Shown here: positions 23,553 through 41,730 of the stretch, piece by piece
Numbering within the stretch: the stretch's first letter is position 1
Layout: each line of letters opens with the position of its first letter
NCBI RefSeq assembly: GCF_041146345.1
Contig: NW_027191405.1
Coordinates: forward strand, 496,001 to 560,000
Direction: 5' to 3'
Length of the DNA stretch: 64,000 nt
From: Neodothiora populina
Lineage: Eukaryota
Program-made: the position numbers and the translations under genes
The notes under the pieces: model-generated
The model's input: the letters and a program-made list of their open reading frames with translations, nothing else
What the model was told of the DNA's origin: nothing
Databases searched by the model: none

Positions 23553-25494
23553 CAGGGACAGAATACAAGATACACAGGTACTGTACATGTTGAGAGCCGA
23601 AACAGGTCTTGCAGCAATCACTAATTAGATCTTAGGCGCTCTCATCTTTTCCAGACGAGATTCAGCGGTCCAGCGCCTATTGCACATTGTCTCTTCTGAA
23701 CTCCAGACACAAATCTCTACGTGAGACTTGGCGCCGTCCAGACCTTGACCGCTCGGACGTCTTTGAACATTGGGAAATGTCAACATTGCAGCGATGACAA
23801 TCGACATGTGCGATCTTCTGCAGTGCTTCGTCTTGAAGTCAAGACAATGATCTTCGAAAGTAAACATATGTAGTCGGACGCCGTTGCCAAGAGCCACACT
23901 CCATCAGACTTATACCTCGCTATCCACTGGCAGGCTTGATGATACCTATTCTATAAGTTGTTGCGTCCATGTCATTGTGCATTCTGTTTCAAGTCCGATC
24001 TCGGTAAGCCGGCAATAGCAGTTGTCGAGCCATCCTCATCTCCCACAATCGTATTTCCTTCCTCATTCATGGTAGCCACTACAGATCTGTGTTAGATCGA
24101 TGATGACCACAGTCCCTGATCAAATCCTTCCCCAATAACACGACACATGGATAGTTCGGCACTGGGACATGCCGTGGAACGAAAACCGCAGGGGTTCATC
24201 ACACAGGCGTCTCATCTTCTGGGCTATGCTATAGAAGCGCCAGTAATAACAAAGCTTAGCGACAATCCAATATATCTCTCCGACCTTCGTCCTCAGATCT
24301 GCCGACACTAAGGTAAGGAGGCGTTCATCTGCACGGTTCCACCTATATCTGCAATACCTTATGGAAGCCATGGGGACATCTAATGCCGACGGTCTTTGTT
24401 TGTACATCTATTCAGGAGGTCTCTTTCAATGCTACTACCAGCAACAATCCACTCCATGCTTTGGTTGTATTCCATTTTCTTCTTCTAAGTTTTCCTCCCT
24501 TAGGTATCACAACTTTGGTGCATCAAAGTTCCGAAACACTCACTTCAAGCTTCGTCCTGGCTGGAGATCAATTTGAAGGATCGTACTGGAACGACCACGT
24601 AATTAGACGATTCGCACGAGCAGCCTGATCTCCATATCAGATCACAACATGTGGAAAATCCTAAGAAGACAACAAAAGTTCAATGCATCTGACTTGAGTA
24701 TGCAGTGCACATTTGCCGTTTTATTTGACCTCGAACAGGCTTGAATTGGTGATATTCGAATTGTTCTCGCAGCGTACATTTCTCGATCATTACGATGAGG
24801 TTGTTGAGCCATACTTGATGCTAAGGCGGTACGACCATTGATGTTAATAGTATCAGTGGGCGATTCATCGATTAGTCCTCGAAGCGTTTTAGCCGTGGGA
24901 AGATGACTACCATAAGCGACACAGTACAAGGGCATCATCTGATTCAAGAGCTGTGACTAGATACCTTGCCGAAGAATGGCTTCGAGTCGAACGTGAAGGC
25001 TTAGCTCTTGTAAATTCACAATCCGGACTTGTACTGGAGTCTATGATCCTACAGATCAATTTCCGAAGTAGAGATGAAGCCTTCCTTCGGTGTGATGTTA
25101 TTCACATTGAGAAAGCGTGGATAAGTGAAAGCTTGCGACTGCAAGAGAGATTAGCTCATGAGCGCAAGATAAAATCAAGACCAGTGACAGCGACTGATCG
25201 GTATCACGACTCCCGAGCTGCGGATGGATCAATCTATATTGAGTCTATGGTCAGTCTAAGCGATGTGTGATAGAATGTAGGCGCTTATACGGATATTCAA
25301 GAAATGAAGCTGAAGAGTATGCCTGCACTCGGTGATGTTCACCTCGGGGCGTGTACACTGTGTGGCACCATTATAGTCCTCCCAGATGACCCTCGTTTTC
25401 CAAGATGCTGCGAGAAAAGAGAGTGCAGAGCGTTCCTAGTACTCTAACATGGAACCAAGATCAAGGTGTGATGGAGCAAAAACAAAAGAATGAT

Positions 25495-25567
25495 TGCCTT
25501 CTGACGGAGTCGAACCGGCGACCTCGGCATTACTAGTGCCGCGCTCTACCAACTGAGCTAAGAAGGC
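25495..25567 (-). tRNA. tRNA-Thr(AGT), no intron
   Basis: GCCTTCT-TA-GCTC-AGTTGGTA-GAGC-G-CGGCA-CT-AGT-AA-TGCCG-AGGTC-GCCGG-TTCGACT-CCGTC-AGAAGGC-A, with a T-rich terminator. Confidence 0.92.
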
Positions 25568-26138
25568 TTGATGTAAAGTGCTGTGAAACATGATAATATA
25601 TTCCTTTGTCAACGGGAGCATTAGCAGTGAACAAGCATTGCTAGTTCATGCTTTGCGGCCAGAAGGCGTGGCTCGTGGCGAATGCAGCACTGATGGAACA
25701 GAGACTCGATACTCGACGAATTCGTACGTGTAAGAAGGAAATAGGGTAGATTTGTGTCTCTGTAGTCAAGACATCAAAGGGATATATATGCATAAGACAA
25801 AAGCGGTATCCGGAAATGATGCCAGGATATATGTAGTAGCTGAGCTTCGCCCCGTATGAAAAACACCTCTGCTTCCGCAGTCTCCACATGAGGAGCGTAC
25901 GCCGACCGTGTATTACCCGTGTTTGCCAGAACCAATAAAACCCAGAAGCGCCGTGGTATGAACAATGAGAAGCGTAAATAACTAATCTCGCTAAGCTAGA
26001 CATGAGTCACATAAGTCATGACAAGTGCGCTGACGCGCCACCAATCGCGTGTCGTTCCACACGCGCGGTGATGAACTCTCTTGAATGAATCAGTAATGAA
26101 GGATGGGACGCAAGGGATCAGAACCGAAAAGAGGAAAA

Positions 26139-27175
26139 TTATTCCTCTCCGTCGCGAGCAGCGGCATGAGCGGCGGCACGGTCGTCTTCGGTGGGCTGAA
26201 GCCCTGCACGCTCTGCGCACTTCTTCCAGGCTTGAAGTTCGGCATAGGTCTGGTTATGCTGTTCTTTTAGCTTATCGCAGGTTGCGCTCAACTCAGCAAT
26301 AGCCTGCTCGGTAAGTAGCTTCTCAAGAGTCCACTTCTCGATGTTTTGCGATTCGTTTTCTTTCAACTGCTGTATGAACTGGACTGCGCGTTGTAAAATG
26401 CTGCCTTTGTTCTTCTCACAGCCCGGGACGATCTTGGCAATCTCGTTGATGCCTTCGTTGATGGTTTCACGACGTCGCCGCTCGACTAGGAGATTTGATT
26501 AGCTCCTTCCAAGACGTGGTATGGTAGACATGGCTTACCCTCTTTATGGTTGTCCTTGCGCACCTTGTGCCATTCACTGGTCCCTACGGCTGGCTTGGAA
26601 CCTGATAGACCGCCTAGTGGCGGTGATTGCTCTGGGCCTGTTGGTGTAGGCGTCAGCTGCTGCTGTTGCTGTTGCTGCTGTGGGCCCATCTGTTGTTGTT
26701 GCTGCTGCTGCTGCTGCTGTTGCGCATCCGGCTGCTGAGATGGTTCCTTCATGGCATCAAAAGCCGACAACTCGTAGGGATTCGGTTGCTGCTGATGGTT
26801 GGTGGGCTCGAAACCCAATGAAGCACTTTGCTCACGGTGATGCTGAGGATCTGCAGCTGACTCTTGGAGAAAAGAATTGTCCTCCGCCTGTGGTACATTC
26901 ACCGACATGGAATAATGGAGTGCAGCATTTGCCGTGTCTGTCGCGTTTTGACCGCCGTTGTGATCTGGATTGTGCATATTGTGCTCGCCAGCGTTGTGTT
27001 GAACAAGCGCATCGGCAAAATGAGGCGGCATGTCGCTTTCATGGTGGGAGTTCACGTATTGATCGAAGCCAAGGTCGTTGTGTGGCGATGCTCGAAAGTC
27101 TGGTGCTGACGGAGGAGCGACAGGTCCTCCCTGATCCAGCGACTCGCGCTTGCGCTTCCCTGCCATGGTAGTCAT
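26139..27175 (-). CDS. CBF1: bHLH-ZIP transcription factor, Cbf1-like, 2 exons (start 27175 or 27166)
   Basis: Splicing out 26486..26538 gives WHKVRKDNHKEVERRRRETINEGINEIAKIVPGCEKNKGSILQRAVQFI...NIEKWTLEKLLTEQAIAEL, which matches the Cbf1 pattern. Confidence 0.9.
26657..26722 (-). repeat. CAG/CAA microsatellites encoding Q11 and Q8 tracts in Cbf1
   Basis: (CTG/TTG)n runs on the + strand. Confidence 0.9.
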
Positions 27176-30100
27176 GGATGTTGTTGTGGACCGCAGCGGG
27201 CAGGTGTGATGGAAGGCGCTGAAGGTACCGGGTGATGGTCCCGGACAGAACGAGGGCGTGAGTAGAGCGTCGCGCACGGCGTAGAGCCTTGACAGCGGAC
27301 AAGTTGCACGGAAGAGTCGATGTTCTTCAGGATCTATTCCGGCGCAGCAGGTCAGTATTGCGAAATGGAGGATCGTTGTGGAACTCAAGATAAGCCCAGA
27401 TCTGCCGTAGCCTCAGGCGCCCGGCCAGCCTGCTCTCAGTGGTACAGCGATGCTGCAGACACTAGTCTATAGCCTCAGCAGGTGGCTACCTCGGACATTT
27501 CTGGGGGCCGACATGAGATTTGTCTCGTCGCAAAGCGCGCGATGGCAGACAGGCAGATGCTGTGTTGTCGCGCGCAAGGAGCACAAGTCTGAGCGCGTGG
27601 AGGATCAAGCTCATGCGACGAGGACGACGATGACGAGGTCTACGACAGATGCTTCGATGGAAGGCGCGCAGACATAGGCATGGGCAAGAATCGCGACCAT
27701 CGAGTCGCGTTCTGTGCCATGTCGGAAGACGCTGATGCACTCACCAAAAGTTGTTCGCAGACGCGATGAATTGCCCATCTACCAAATCCCGTGACAAGTC
27801 ACGTTGTCTGCTGACTTGACTTGAACTCGGGCCTCAGCCGTTCAACTCCCAGGCGGCAAGTGATTGATTGTAAGGCCAGAACGATTATCAGAAAAGCAAG
27901 AGGTTATGATCTTCGTGGCGAGCTTTGATAGTTGCAACATCCATTCAGTTATCTGAAGTCGACCATCAACACAGGTTGATGCATTCAAAGGATAGAAAGG
28001 TCAGGTGCTGGAAAATGGATCACATGCGGATGCTCTCCTCCAGAGATGTGGCTAACAAGCGTCGCCTAAAGGACACCAGTGAATGTTCGAGTGTCAGGTG
28101 GACCGACCACGAGAATAGGATGGAAAAGGTATTTACAAGCCTCGAAATGGTTTGATCATGTCTTCGAGACCGCCACGATATCTTCATGCCAAATTAAGTC
28201 ACGTACAAATAGACAATTCGCCATTAATGCTGTTGCTGCAATAAGTTGCTCCCTAGGATAATCCTGCTCCAGGACACCATTGCCAAGACTAATCGCCAGC
28301 TGACCGACCTCGTCCACTCCCCCATCGCGCCTGAGTGCCTTTTACCATCACCATTGACCCCGGAGTTACATGTTCAGCAGACATACTGCAAATACTCCAT
28401 CTTCTCCCGCATAATCTCGAATCAAAGATGCTTACTGTACTTGTGAACTAAGTATAAGTTCCATACGATAAAGGTAGTCATCTGCCCAGCCATCATGCAT
28501 ACCAAGACAGGCTGTCATCCTTGCTTCTACCTTACATTTCATAAGTCGGCACCTGCATGATGGGAGGTCACCGAGCGTTCCGCGTAGACTCGAAGGGCAT
28601 GGAGCTCCCACCTGACCGGACGACTCAGACATGCCCATATACATTTTCGCATCGTGCACACACACATATCTCGCTGCCTGCAGCCCGTACTTGGGAACCG
28701 TAAGCCAGCTGCCGACTGGCGATGGTGCAAGCAAAAAAAAAGGATACGCGCTGCTATGTACGGGCACACTGCGCGCAACGAGTCCCGTTGTCTGCCCTAG
28801 ACAATGCAGCTTCATGGACGCGCTGTGAAATATTGAGCTGGCTACCACGCTGCCAGCTCTACTGCGCGCTTAAGCCAAAGTACTGTACCCACTCGAGCCA
28901 CTGTACTTTGCGCATCACCTCGCAAGCAATTAGCGACTTAGCGGAACGCTTCGAGAACAGGTAACAGAGGCGATCCTTTCCCTTCGAAGCTGAGCACAAT
29001 GGCCCCTTTCGCATACCTATTTTCGCTTCTACAAGTGTTTCTGCATCGGGTCATGCAGGTCGCCACACCGTAAAGCGGTTAAGGAGGTTCGTTATATCTT
29101 ATCCAACGACACCGGCACATTTGCGCCGTAGCCTGGGTGTTACTGTACCTAGATTGCGTGGCAGTGCTTGAAGAGCGTTGCATCGCGGCCGACTACCCGC
29201 GTGGCAACAGGCCTCTTTCCATAGTCGCACTGGTAATAGCTCACGATTCTGGTTGTACAGATAGTTATTCCGTGTTGTGTTCGCTCCAGAATAGAGCCCG
29301 TGCTAACGTGAATGGTGGCCAGATTCATAACCATAATGCGCAACAGTTGACGACGACCTTGACGAGGCTCAGAGAATCGACGCGTCTCGGAGTATTGTCA
29401 AACATGCATGCTTGTATCGCTGAGCCGTCAACAATTTGTATGCCGACCAGTAAGGAGTCTGGATCACGTTTGCGTCCTCGGTGGGAGTGGCTGATGTGGA
29501 TCCGAACATAGGTTCGTTCCCCTTAAAGCTGGTCTGTGCAGGCTTACAGAGTCGCTTCTCGTCAGACCATTCATATCTGAAACCAGCCTTACAGTCTTAA
29601 AGCCACGACGGAGGTGATTTTCACCACGATATACTGAAGACGCATTGATTAAGCAAAAAAAGTTGATGAACTAAAAAACCCATGCTGTGGAGCAGTGGTG
29701 AGTTGTGCTATCACACTATGACTCGTAGTACCCTGTAAGGCGCGTGTAGACGCGCCTGACAACCAGTAGGACAACAGTAAACGGGCGCAAAACGTTTCAG
29801 ACAGAAATGCATACATCCCCTTTGTCTCCACCTCTGCGCCGCGCGATGGTGGAAAACACCGCAGGGCAAAGGCCTCTCACTCCATGGGGATTAATAGTAT
29901 AGTAGGTCCTGTTCTTCTGTCTTTCTTCGGCCCAGATCACGACCTTCTCTTTTTCGTTCTCTTAGCCCAGTGCTGTACATTCTTTCCAGCCTGCTCTCTG
30001 TGAGAAGCTCATATTCTTACCCACATTCTTTTTACCGTCACTATTAGCAACACTCATTTTGCAACGGTCATAAAAAAATTTCAGAAATTCTTATCACCAA

Positions 30101-30241
30101 GGTTACTATCGACAACGATACACCAAAGTCTATAGCAACAACGGTAGATTCGTCATCCTGTATTCTCACACAGGTTGCTTGGAGACTATATCAGCAGCCC
30201 CATACCTCACCATCTTTTGAAAGACACAGCCTGTTGCAGCA

Positions 30242-31825
30242 ATGTACGGCTCTGTCTCTGTTTCGCTTGCTTCGCTTGCTTTTTTCTATTCTTCTGTTCA
30301 AGCTTTACCATTCAACGCCCCTTTGGATTCTTCTTTCTTCGATCATCCCGACCCAGCCTGGAGCCAGTCAGCATCGATTACCTCATCCGCCGAGGACAGT
30401 ACGTCGACATTTCCCACTCTAACAATCAACAAAGACGCCACTCGGGGCCTTCACGCTGACCAATTAGCTTATTTGACTGGATCTGGATTTCTCGCCCTCC
30501 CCACCGCATCTGGATATGCTTGGCCCTCTGGAACCGGATCTGGAACTGTTTGGCCCGTAGGAACTGCAACTGGAACCGGCCATGCTTACTCGACTGGCAC
30601 AGCCGCAGCAACATCAACGTATTCGTCTTCATCTGCGACAGCAACAACAACAACAGCCTCTGCTGCGCCCGCTGTCCTGCCCAACACCCTTCGCGGTGTC
30701 AACATTGGCAACTGGCTCATCCTCGAGAAGTGGATGGGTTCAGATCTCTTCGACAATACCGATGCCACCGATCAGTACAGCTTTGATTCGACGGACGGCG
30801 CCGAGGCCAAACTCCAGGAACACTGGTCGACATACTTCACTGAGCAAGATGTCGCCCAAATAGCTTCCTGGGGTCTCAACTCTGTCCGTATCCCCATCGG
30901 TTACTGGGCTTACGACAACACTGGCACTCCTTATATTTCTGGTGCGGACGAGTACCTGGAGAAAGCGATTGGCTGGTGCCGAACACACGGCATCAAGGTC
31001 TTAGTTGACTGCCATGGATCTCCAGGTTCTCAGAACGGATTCGACAACTCGGGCCGTGCAGGTAATGTGGCCTGGCAGAGTGACGACAACCTTCAGCTTT
31101 CCATCAGCATCTTGGAGACCATCGCCAAGAAGTATGGTGCCCAAGAATATGCTGATGTCGTGTTCGGCATCGAACTCGTCAACGAGCCCATCTCATGGGA
31201 CCAGAACAACTTCGAGACGACCAAGCAGTGGGCTCAGGAAGCCTACAGCGCTGTCAAAGCAGCCGCGACCAACCCTGATCTCAATGTCATCATGCACGAT
31301 GGCTTCATGGGTCCATCGGAATGGCAGGAGATCAGCACCCTGATCAACGGCGACGCCTCCCTAGCCGAGTCCAAGTTCTGGATCGACACTCACCAGTACC
31401 AGAACCAGGAAGCTGCAGACTCGTACCTGACTCAAGATCAGCACGTGGAGAAGGCATGCAACTGGTCAAGCTCGGTGTTGCTCCCTGCTTCGTCGAACCT
31501 GCCGGTCATTGTCGGCGAGTTCAGTGCTGCGACCAACATCTGTGCCAACCCCGATGGCAGCACCGTCGCAGGCAATACCTGTGACATTGATGGTTGCCAG
31601 TGCTCTGCAAACGTGCCCATCGAGAACTGGAACGAGCCTCTGCTCAGCGCGACCAGGAAGTTCCTAGAGGCCGAGCTTGACACGTTCGAAGGCCACTCTC
31701 GCGGCTGGTTCATGTGGTCATACCAAGGAGCAGGTGCTTGGGGATACGCCAACGCTGTCAAGTACGGTATCATTGGCAAAGACGTCACTGCCAGGAACTA
31801 CCCCGGCCAGTGCAGCAGCTCCTGA
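30242..31825 (+). CDS. Secreted GH5 glucan 1,3-beta-glucosidase (exo-beta-1,3-glucanase)
   Basis: Signal peptide, Ser/Thr-rich leader, RGVNIGNWLILEKWM, VRIPIGYWA, HGSPGSQNGFDNSG, NEP (acid/base), VGEFS (nucleophile). Confidence 0.93.
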   Translation: MYGSVSVSLASLAFFYSSVQALPFNAPLDSSFFDHPDPAWSQSASITSSAEDSTSTFPTLTINKDATRGLHADQLAYLTGSGFLALPTASGYAWPSGTGSGTVWPVGTATGTGHAYSTGTAAATSTYSSSSATATTTTASAAPAVLPNTLRGVNIGNWLILEKWMGSDLFDNTDATDQYSFDSTDGAEAKLQEHWSTYFTEQDVAQIASWGLNSVRIPIGYWAYDNTGTPYISGADEYLEKAIGWCRTHGIKVLVDCHGSPGSQNGFDNSGRAGNVAWQSDDNLQLSISILETIAKKYGAQEYADVVFGIELVNEPISWDQNNFETTKQWAQEAYSAVKAAATNPDLNVIMHDGFMGPSEWQEISTLINGDASLAESKFWIDTHQYQNQEAADSYLTQDQHVEKACNWSSSVLLPASSNLPVIVGEFSAATNICANPDGSTVAGNTCDIDGCQCSANVPIENWNEPLLSATRKFLEAELDTFEGHSRGWFMWSYQGAGAWGYANAVKYGIIGKDVTARNYPGQCSSS

Positions 31826-32396
31826 TGACGAGGCTATCTGCGGAAACTATGAATATATGATTGGAAGATGTACATACAAAAAGGGTCGAAAGGGATGGAT
31901 ATGGAAAAGACTGGATCTTGTGTGATCTAAACGGCGCTGCGCGTCGGATAACAATAAAGGTTAAGTATCTGGTATACCCCCCCATTTTATATAGATTACC
32001 CCCCCATTACTTTAGACACAATAAAAACTCAAAAACTTTCTACATGTGACTGAAGAGCTCCATCCCACGAGTGAAATGTGAGAGAGTCAAAGTGTTATCC
32101 TCTTGGCGTTGTGGAAGCAAGGAGAAAGGTATACCGCGAAACTTCGGCAAAACCTGGCAGGCGCGTGCACGGCGTCGTTGTGCCTCTGGCGCTGGCTGTC
32201 ATCTGCAAAGGTATAGCTTCCATCGATTGACGATCAGTAAATCATACTCACTGTACCTTCATCTTCTTACATACACTCTCACCGACGATCGATCCTGCAC
32301 TCACTCCATAATCCTCTATAGAGAATCCCAATTCTTTGATTCACATAGAAGGAGCTCGAAACTCCCCCACCCTCCAACTAACACACATCAATCACA

Positions 32397-34039
32397 ATGT
32401 CAGCTGACGCCATCACCAACCCTCCTCCGAGCGAGTCCAAGACTGCCCGCAAGAAGCGCGAGAAGGCAGAGGCAGAGGCGGCAGCAAAGGCTGGCCAGAC
32501 CACTGCAGCTTCTTCCACTCCCGTCGAAGAGCAGAGCGAGCATCTGTCCAATGGCAGCACCGCACTTGCTCCCAGCGACAGCCCGTTCATCAAGGAGCTT
32601 CAAAAGTACGAGCAGACATCACTTTCGGACGAGAGAAGCGGTTCTATATGTACTGACTAGATGTGTTTCATAGGCAGATCCGAAATGTCACCAAGAAGCT
32701 CGTACGTCTACCGAAGCCTCAGTTCTCGTCACAATGCAGCACGTGTCACTAACACGAGCGGTAACAGAACCTCATGTCCAGATTGGATGCCATCCTGGCC
32801 GAGAACGAGGGTGTATCTCTCGATGACCTCGTAGCATCGCGCAAGATCAACAACGACCAGAGAGAGCAGGCTCTCCGCAAGCCTGGCCTCCAAGCCACCC
32901 TCGCCCAGCTCGAAGACCAAATCACCCAGTACAAGAAGGTCGACGCCGACTACCAGTCTCGCATGAACACCCAGCACGCATCACTCGCCGCCTCGCACAA
33001 GTCTGAGATCGAGGCTCTCAAGGCACAGCTGCAGAAGGAGGCCGAGGAGAAGAGCAAGACCGAGCTCAGGAAGAAGCTCCTGACCTTCAGCCAGTTCCTC
33101 AGAGCTGCCGCTGCCAAGCGCGTCATTGAAGAGGAGGCCGATACCGAGGAGAGCAAAGGCTTCGAGGGTGTCTTGTTGCTGGTGTACGGAGGTGACGAGA
33201 AGGCTGTTGATGCTGCTGAGAAGCTCATCGAGGGTGCTGATGATGCTGTGCCTTCTGTCGAGGGCCAGCTTCTCTCCGTTAAGTGTAAGAGAATGAATGA
33301 TACAATGGTTTACAGGAGGGAAATAAGCTGACATGACCTCCCTCTAGACTCTCAGATCAAGTCCGCGTCCCTTTCCTACGGCCCATTCCCCGACGAGGAG
33401 ACAGCTCCCGTGGAATCGACCACCGAGGCGCAGGTCGACTCCGTCGAGCCCGAACCCACTGTCCCGTCCTCGGACCCGACTATCGCTCATGCCGGACTGA
33501 CCGAGCTGGGCTTGAACCAGACCAACGGCACTCCTGCCGTAGCCGAGCAGTTCGACGAAGGCGCCGCCAAGGAGGCCACTGTCGATGACGCTTCCGCCAA
33601 CCTTGCAGCCCAGCAACAGTGGGATAACAGCAAGAACGCCACAGGTGGCGGTGCACTCGCCGAGGACAGTCTCGATGAGTCCTTCGAGATGGTCGCCCGC
33701 GACCCCTCCGAGACCGAGGCCGTACACGACCCAGCTCTGCCCCAGTCTACCAACTCCTGGGCCGATGACGCTACTGCTGCGGCTCAGACCAATGCTCCCG
33801 CCAACGCCACGCCCACCAACGGTGATGATGGCTTCCACGAGGTCGAGAGAAAGGGCGGCAGGGGTGGCCACCGCGGACATGGCGAGGGTCGTGGACGTGG
33901 TGGGCGCGGTCGTGGCGGCTTCAGAGGTGATGGCAGAGGACGTGGCCGCGGCGGATTCCGTGGTGATGGCCAGCGCGGACACGGCCGTGGTGGTCCTCGC
34001 GGAGGCAGCGAGACCGCCCCGGCCCCCGCTCGCTCATAG
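32397..34039 (+). CDS. Coiled-coil protein with acidic middle and C-terminal RGG/RG repeats (probable RNA-binding, caprin-like architecture), 4 exons
   Basis: Introns 32606..32673, 32702..32767 and 33285..33347 join one frame: ELQKQIRNVTKKL...KINNDQ; SWADD and DDGFHEVER motifs; RGGRGRGGFRGDGRGRGRGGFRGDG tail. Confidence 0.8.
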
Positions 34040-36050
34040 CGAGCATACGAAAAACAGCAATCTTGCTTTGTACTATCAGGACGAAGAGTGGACGGTAAAG
34101 CCTAAGCTCTACTCACGCTCACGTTCAACCCGGGGAAGACCTCCCCGAACAAAAGAAACGACAAGAATCAAGGACACAGGCATTGGGGCGCACAAAAGAA
34201 AAAAGTAACAGGGAACCATGTTTCGAGGATGTTTCTAGCGAGCGAGCGATGCGAATCGACGAAAAATCAATCGATTCACGATGCGAACATGATGGACTCC
34301 AAAAAGGTAATTTCTGCATAGCATGGGGCTTTTTTTCATTCATCATTTCTCATGACTGTCAAGAATAAGAAAAAACCATGTACCGGCGCATTGCAGTGCG
34401 CGATGATAAGAATAGGAGGCGGAGAACGATTTAAAAAGGAAGAAAACGAGATTCTGTTCGACGCTCCGCGCGTCTTGTCCCTTGTCCTTGCCAATCTCAT
34501 TCCTTTTGACTCGTTTCCCTCTTTCCTGCTTGTACGGTGCATGTTCTTCTCTGGTACTATAGCGGACAACGACTCGCAGCTCGGACATGACTTTAGGCAC
34601 GACCAATGAGCATGCCATATTGACGAAGCGGAGCAGCGGTGACGACTATTGACGCATACATGATGTCCGAGATGCAATCGATATCAATCCAGCAAGGGTC
34701 CGTCCCTGGGGATCACAGCGACGGCGGCAATGGCGGCGGCGGTCTGTCTGACGCAGGGCTGAGGCTCATTATTGCGGAGGTGTCACCGTGTTCTTGTAGT
34801 GCGGAGTGGGGTTGCGCAATCCGACTAGTAGCTTTATCGTTGCTCGCCTCTCCCGCACCGCCGCCGCAGGTACCATCTTGATTGCGAGATGTCAGATCCT
34901 TGTGGTGTCTGTCTGTCAGCGAGGTAAGTAGGATACAGTCGGTGCTCCCAGCTCGAGGGAATTTGTGTTTGCTCTGATTCGTTAGCTGAACATGCATGGG
35001 CTTTGCAGCGTCAGATTCGTGCTCCGAAGGTGTTAGCTGACCGGCCTAACTCTACGACCTCCCAGAACTCTGCAATCCCCATGTAGGACCACCCCAATGG
35101 ACGACAGCAAGCAGTGGAACCGGAGACCTGCGAGATGCGTCAGATGCTACGAATGATCGATGAGACCAGGTGAGACAGGATCTCGCGCGCACTGTCTGTG
35201 TGATTGACGAGCAAGACAAAGTGAACGCTCGGTTGCTCGCGTCCCCATAGTTTTCCCACTCTACAGTTCCTGGCGCGGGCTTGGCCGTGTATTACCTTAA
35301 ATTCAAGCTTACCTCCGGATCCTCGTATAGATCTGTTTTGTTTTTCATGGTACTGTACTTTCTGCCTTCTGACCACGGTTGTTTATAGAAGGGGCTTCGT
35401 ATGCAAGGATCTGAAAAGGATGTGTTCGACAGACGGATCTAGTGTAGGAATGACATGGAGAGACTCGTGGAGAGGCGTGCGTCGCTATATGGTGCCGGTT
35501 ATTGGGATCATGACTGCTAGCAAAGTATAGACAGTTCTGCTTGTATGCCTGAAAGCGACAGTAAAGATTAGATAGTAGTAGTTGATTTAATAGCTAGGAT
35601 TATTGATATAGAGATGCAGCAGTGCTGAAGCTACGATAATCGTACGAGTAAACACGAACAAGATGCAGTACTGCTGTCGGAGCCAGGGGGAGTGAGTGGG
35701 TGATGCCACTATTCCCACAAGGATCAGCAGCGACAAGATCCGAGGATGCAACTCCCAAACAGCGCAAGTACGTGCGCACTGACGCAGTTTTCCCCATAAT
35801 AATGCCTTGGCGTCACCAGAGATCAGGGTAGAAGGCTCGCACCTCTGCTTTGATGCATCTGCGCAATCTCCTTGTTACAAGCACGACAATAATTCATCAA
35901 GTCTTGACTCCAAGCTCTCAGCTCGTTAAAACCGACCTTGATCGACGGAAGACGTGCGCGACTTTGTTTTGATAGCAGAAACTTGTCCGATGAGTGCTGG
36001 GTCGACACTGCGCTGAGAGGACCGAGTGTCGCGTTTTCGTTGTCGCCATC

Positions 36051-36149
36051 CAACTTCACTTGCACTTGCACTTGACTTGTCCTTGCACTCGGACTTGTCA
36101 CTCGGACTTGCACTTGCCCCATTCGCTTGTCACTTGTACCTGTGACTTC
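36051..36149 (+). repeat. Degenerate (C)ACTTG tandem array upstream of the JmjC gene
   Basis: CACTTG at 36057, 36063, 36069, 36111 and 36131; CACTCGGACTTG at 36086 and 36099. Confidence 0.7.
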
Positions 36150-36360
36150 CTCCCATCGGCCGTTCTAGTCGCAATTGCCGACATCGCGAGCCTTTCAGCT
36201 TCTACCGTCAATTTATCCACCAACTCTTCTTCACTCTGCCTTTCTTCTCTAGTCAAAGTCTCGACACTCCGAATAAACAATAATCTAACAACACAGCAGC
36301 GATATTGACTCTTCACTCTACACAACCCCTGCGCGGGTCAGCGCCAGAGCCCTCGCAACA

Positions 36361-40976
<4,616 letters not shown>

Positions 40977-41730
40977 GCTAAATGACAGCCGAAAGACGTA
41001 TCAGCAGGTCTAGCACCAGAATCTAATCTACAGACACATGGTCGCTTCAGCCGGGATTGAAGGCAAGGGAAAGGCGTTAGATATGACCACATTTCCACGG
41101 CGCGGAGGAAACGACTAGGCTTCTTTTCTGGGCAGTTCCCCTTATGGGTAGTTAGAGGAGATTATAGTTTGATCTGTAATATTAATGAATCATGACGATG
41201 GCGTTTTTCTGTCTCTTCTCATCTTCTTTCCCCTCGAATATTCTTCTGCTCCCCTGTCAGTGTTCAAATTGCAGTCTAACACGTAATCTCAAGTAAGGCG
41301 GGCAGGCCAATGAGGAAACAGTCATAGCATGGAAGAAGCGATTCGACAGAAGACAAATCTTGAATTTAACAGCCATATTTCAAGACATGAACACCTGCCT
41401 CTGCTCCAAGTATTGATAATGCGGTGTAGACTCTGCACTCGCAGTGACTCTCTTCGTATGATATCCATCTACGCTGTGCTCTCGCACTAAGTAGGTATCT
41501 GGTTTTTCCCTCCGTAGAAGTCCCACGCTGATTCTGCCAGCAGTAATGATCTGATATTGCTCTCGCTAGACTTGTCTACGATCATCTGTATTCGTAGCTG
41601 TCTGGCTAGGCTCTCGTAGTCATTTCGTATAAATGCATTGGTGGGATTTTCGCTCTCGCGTTGGGTTGGGTTGCTTGTATCGGACTAGATGGGGTTTTTA
41701 TGTATCGACTAAATGAGTTTTTAAGGTGGA

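Noticed and set aside
24953..25270. 105-aa ORF in the AA9-tRNA-Thr intergenic region
   Set aside because: GTG start, no motif and no convincing splice partners. A decayed gene cannot be excluded.
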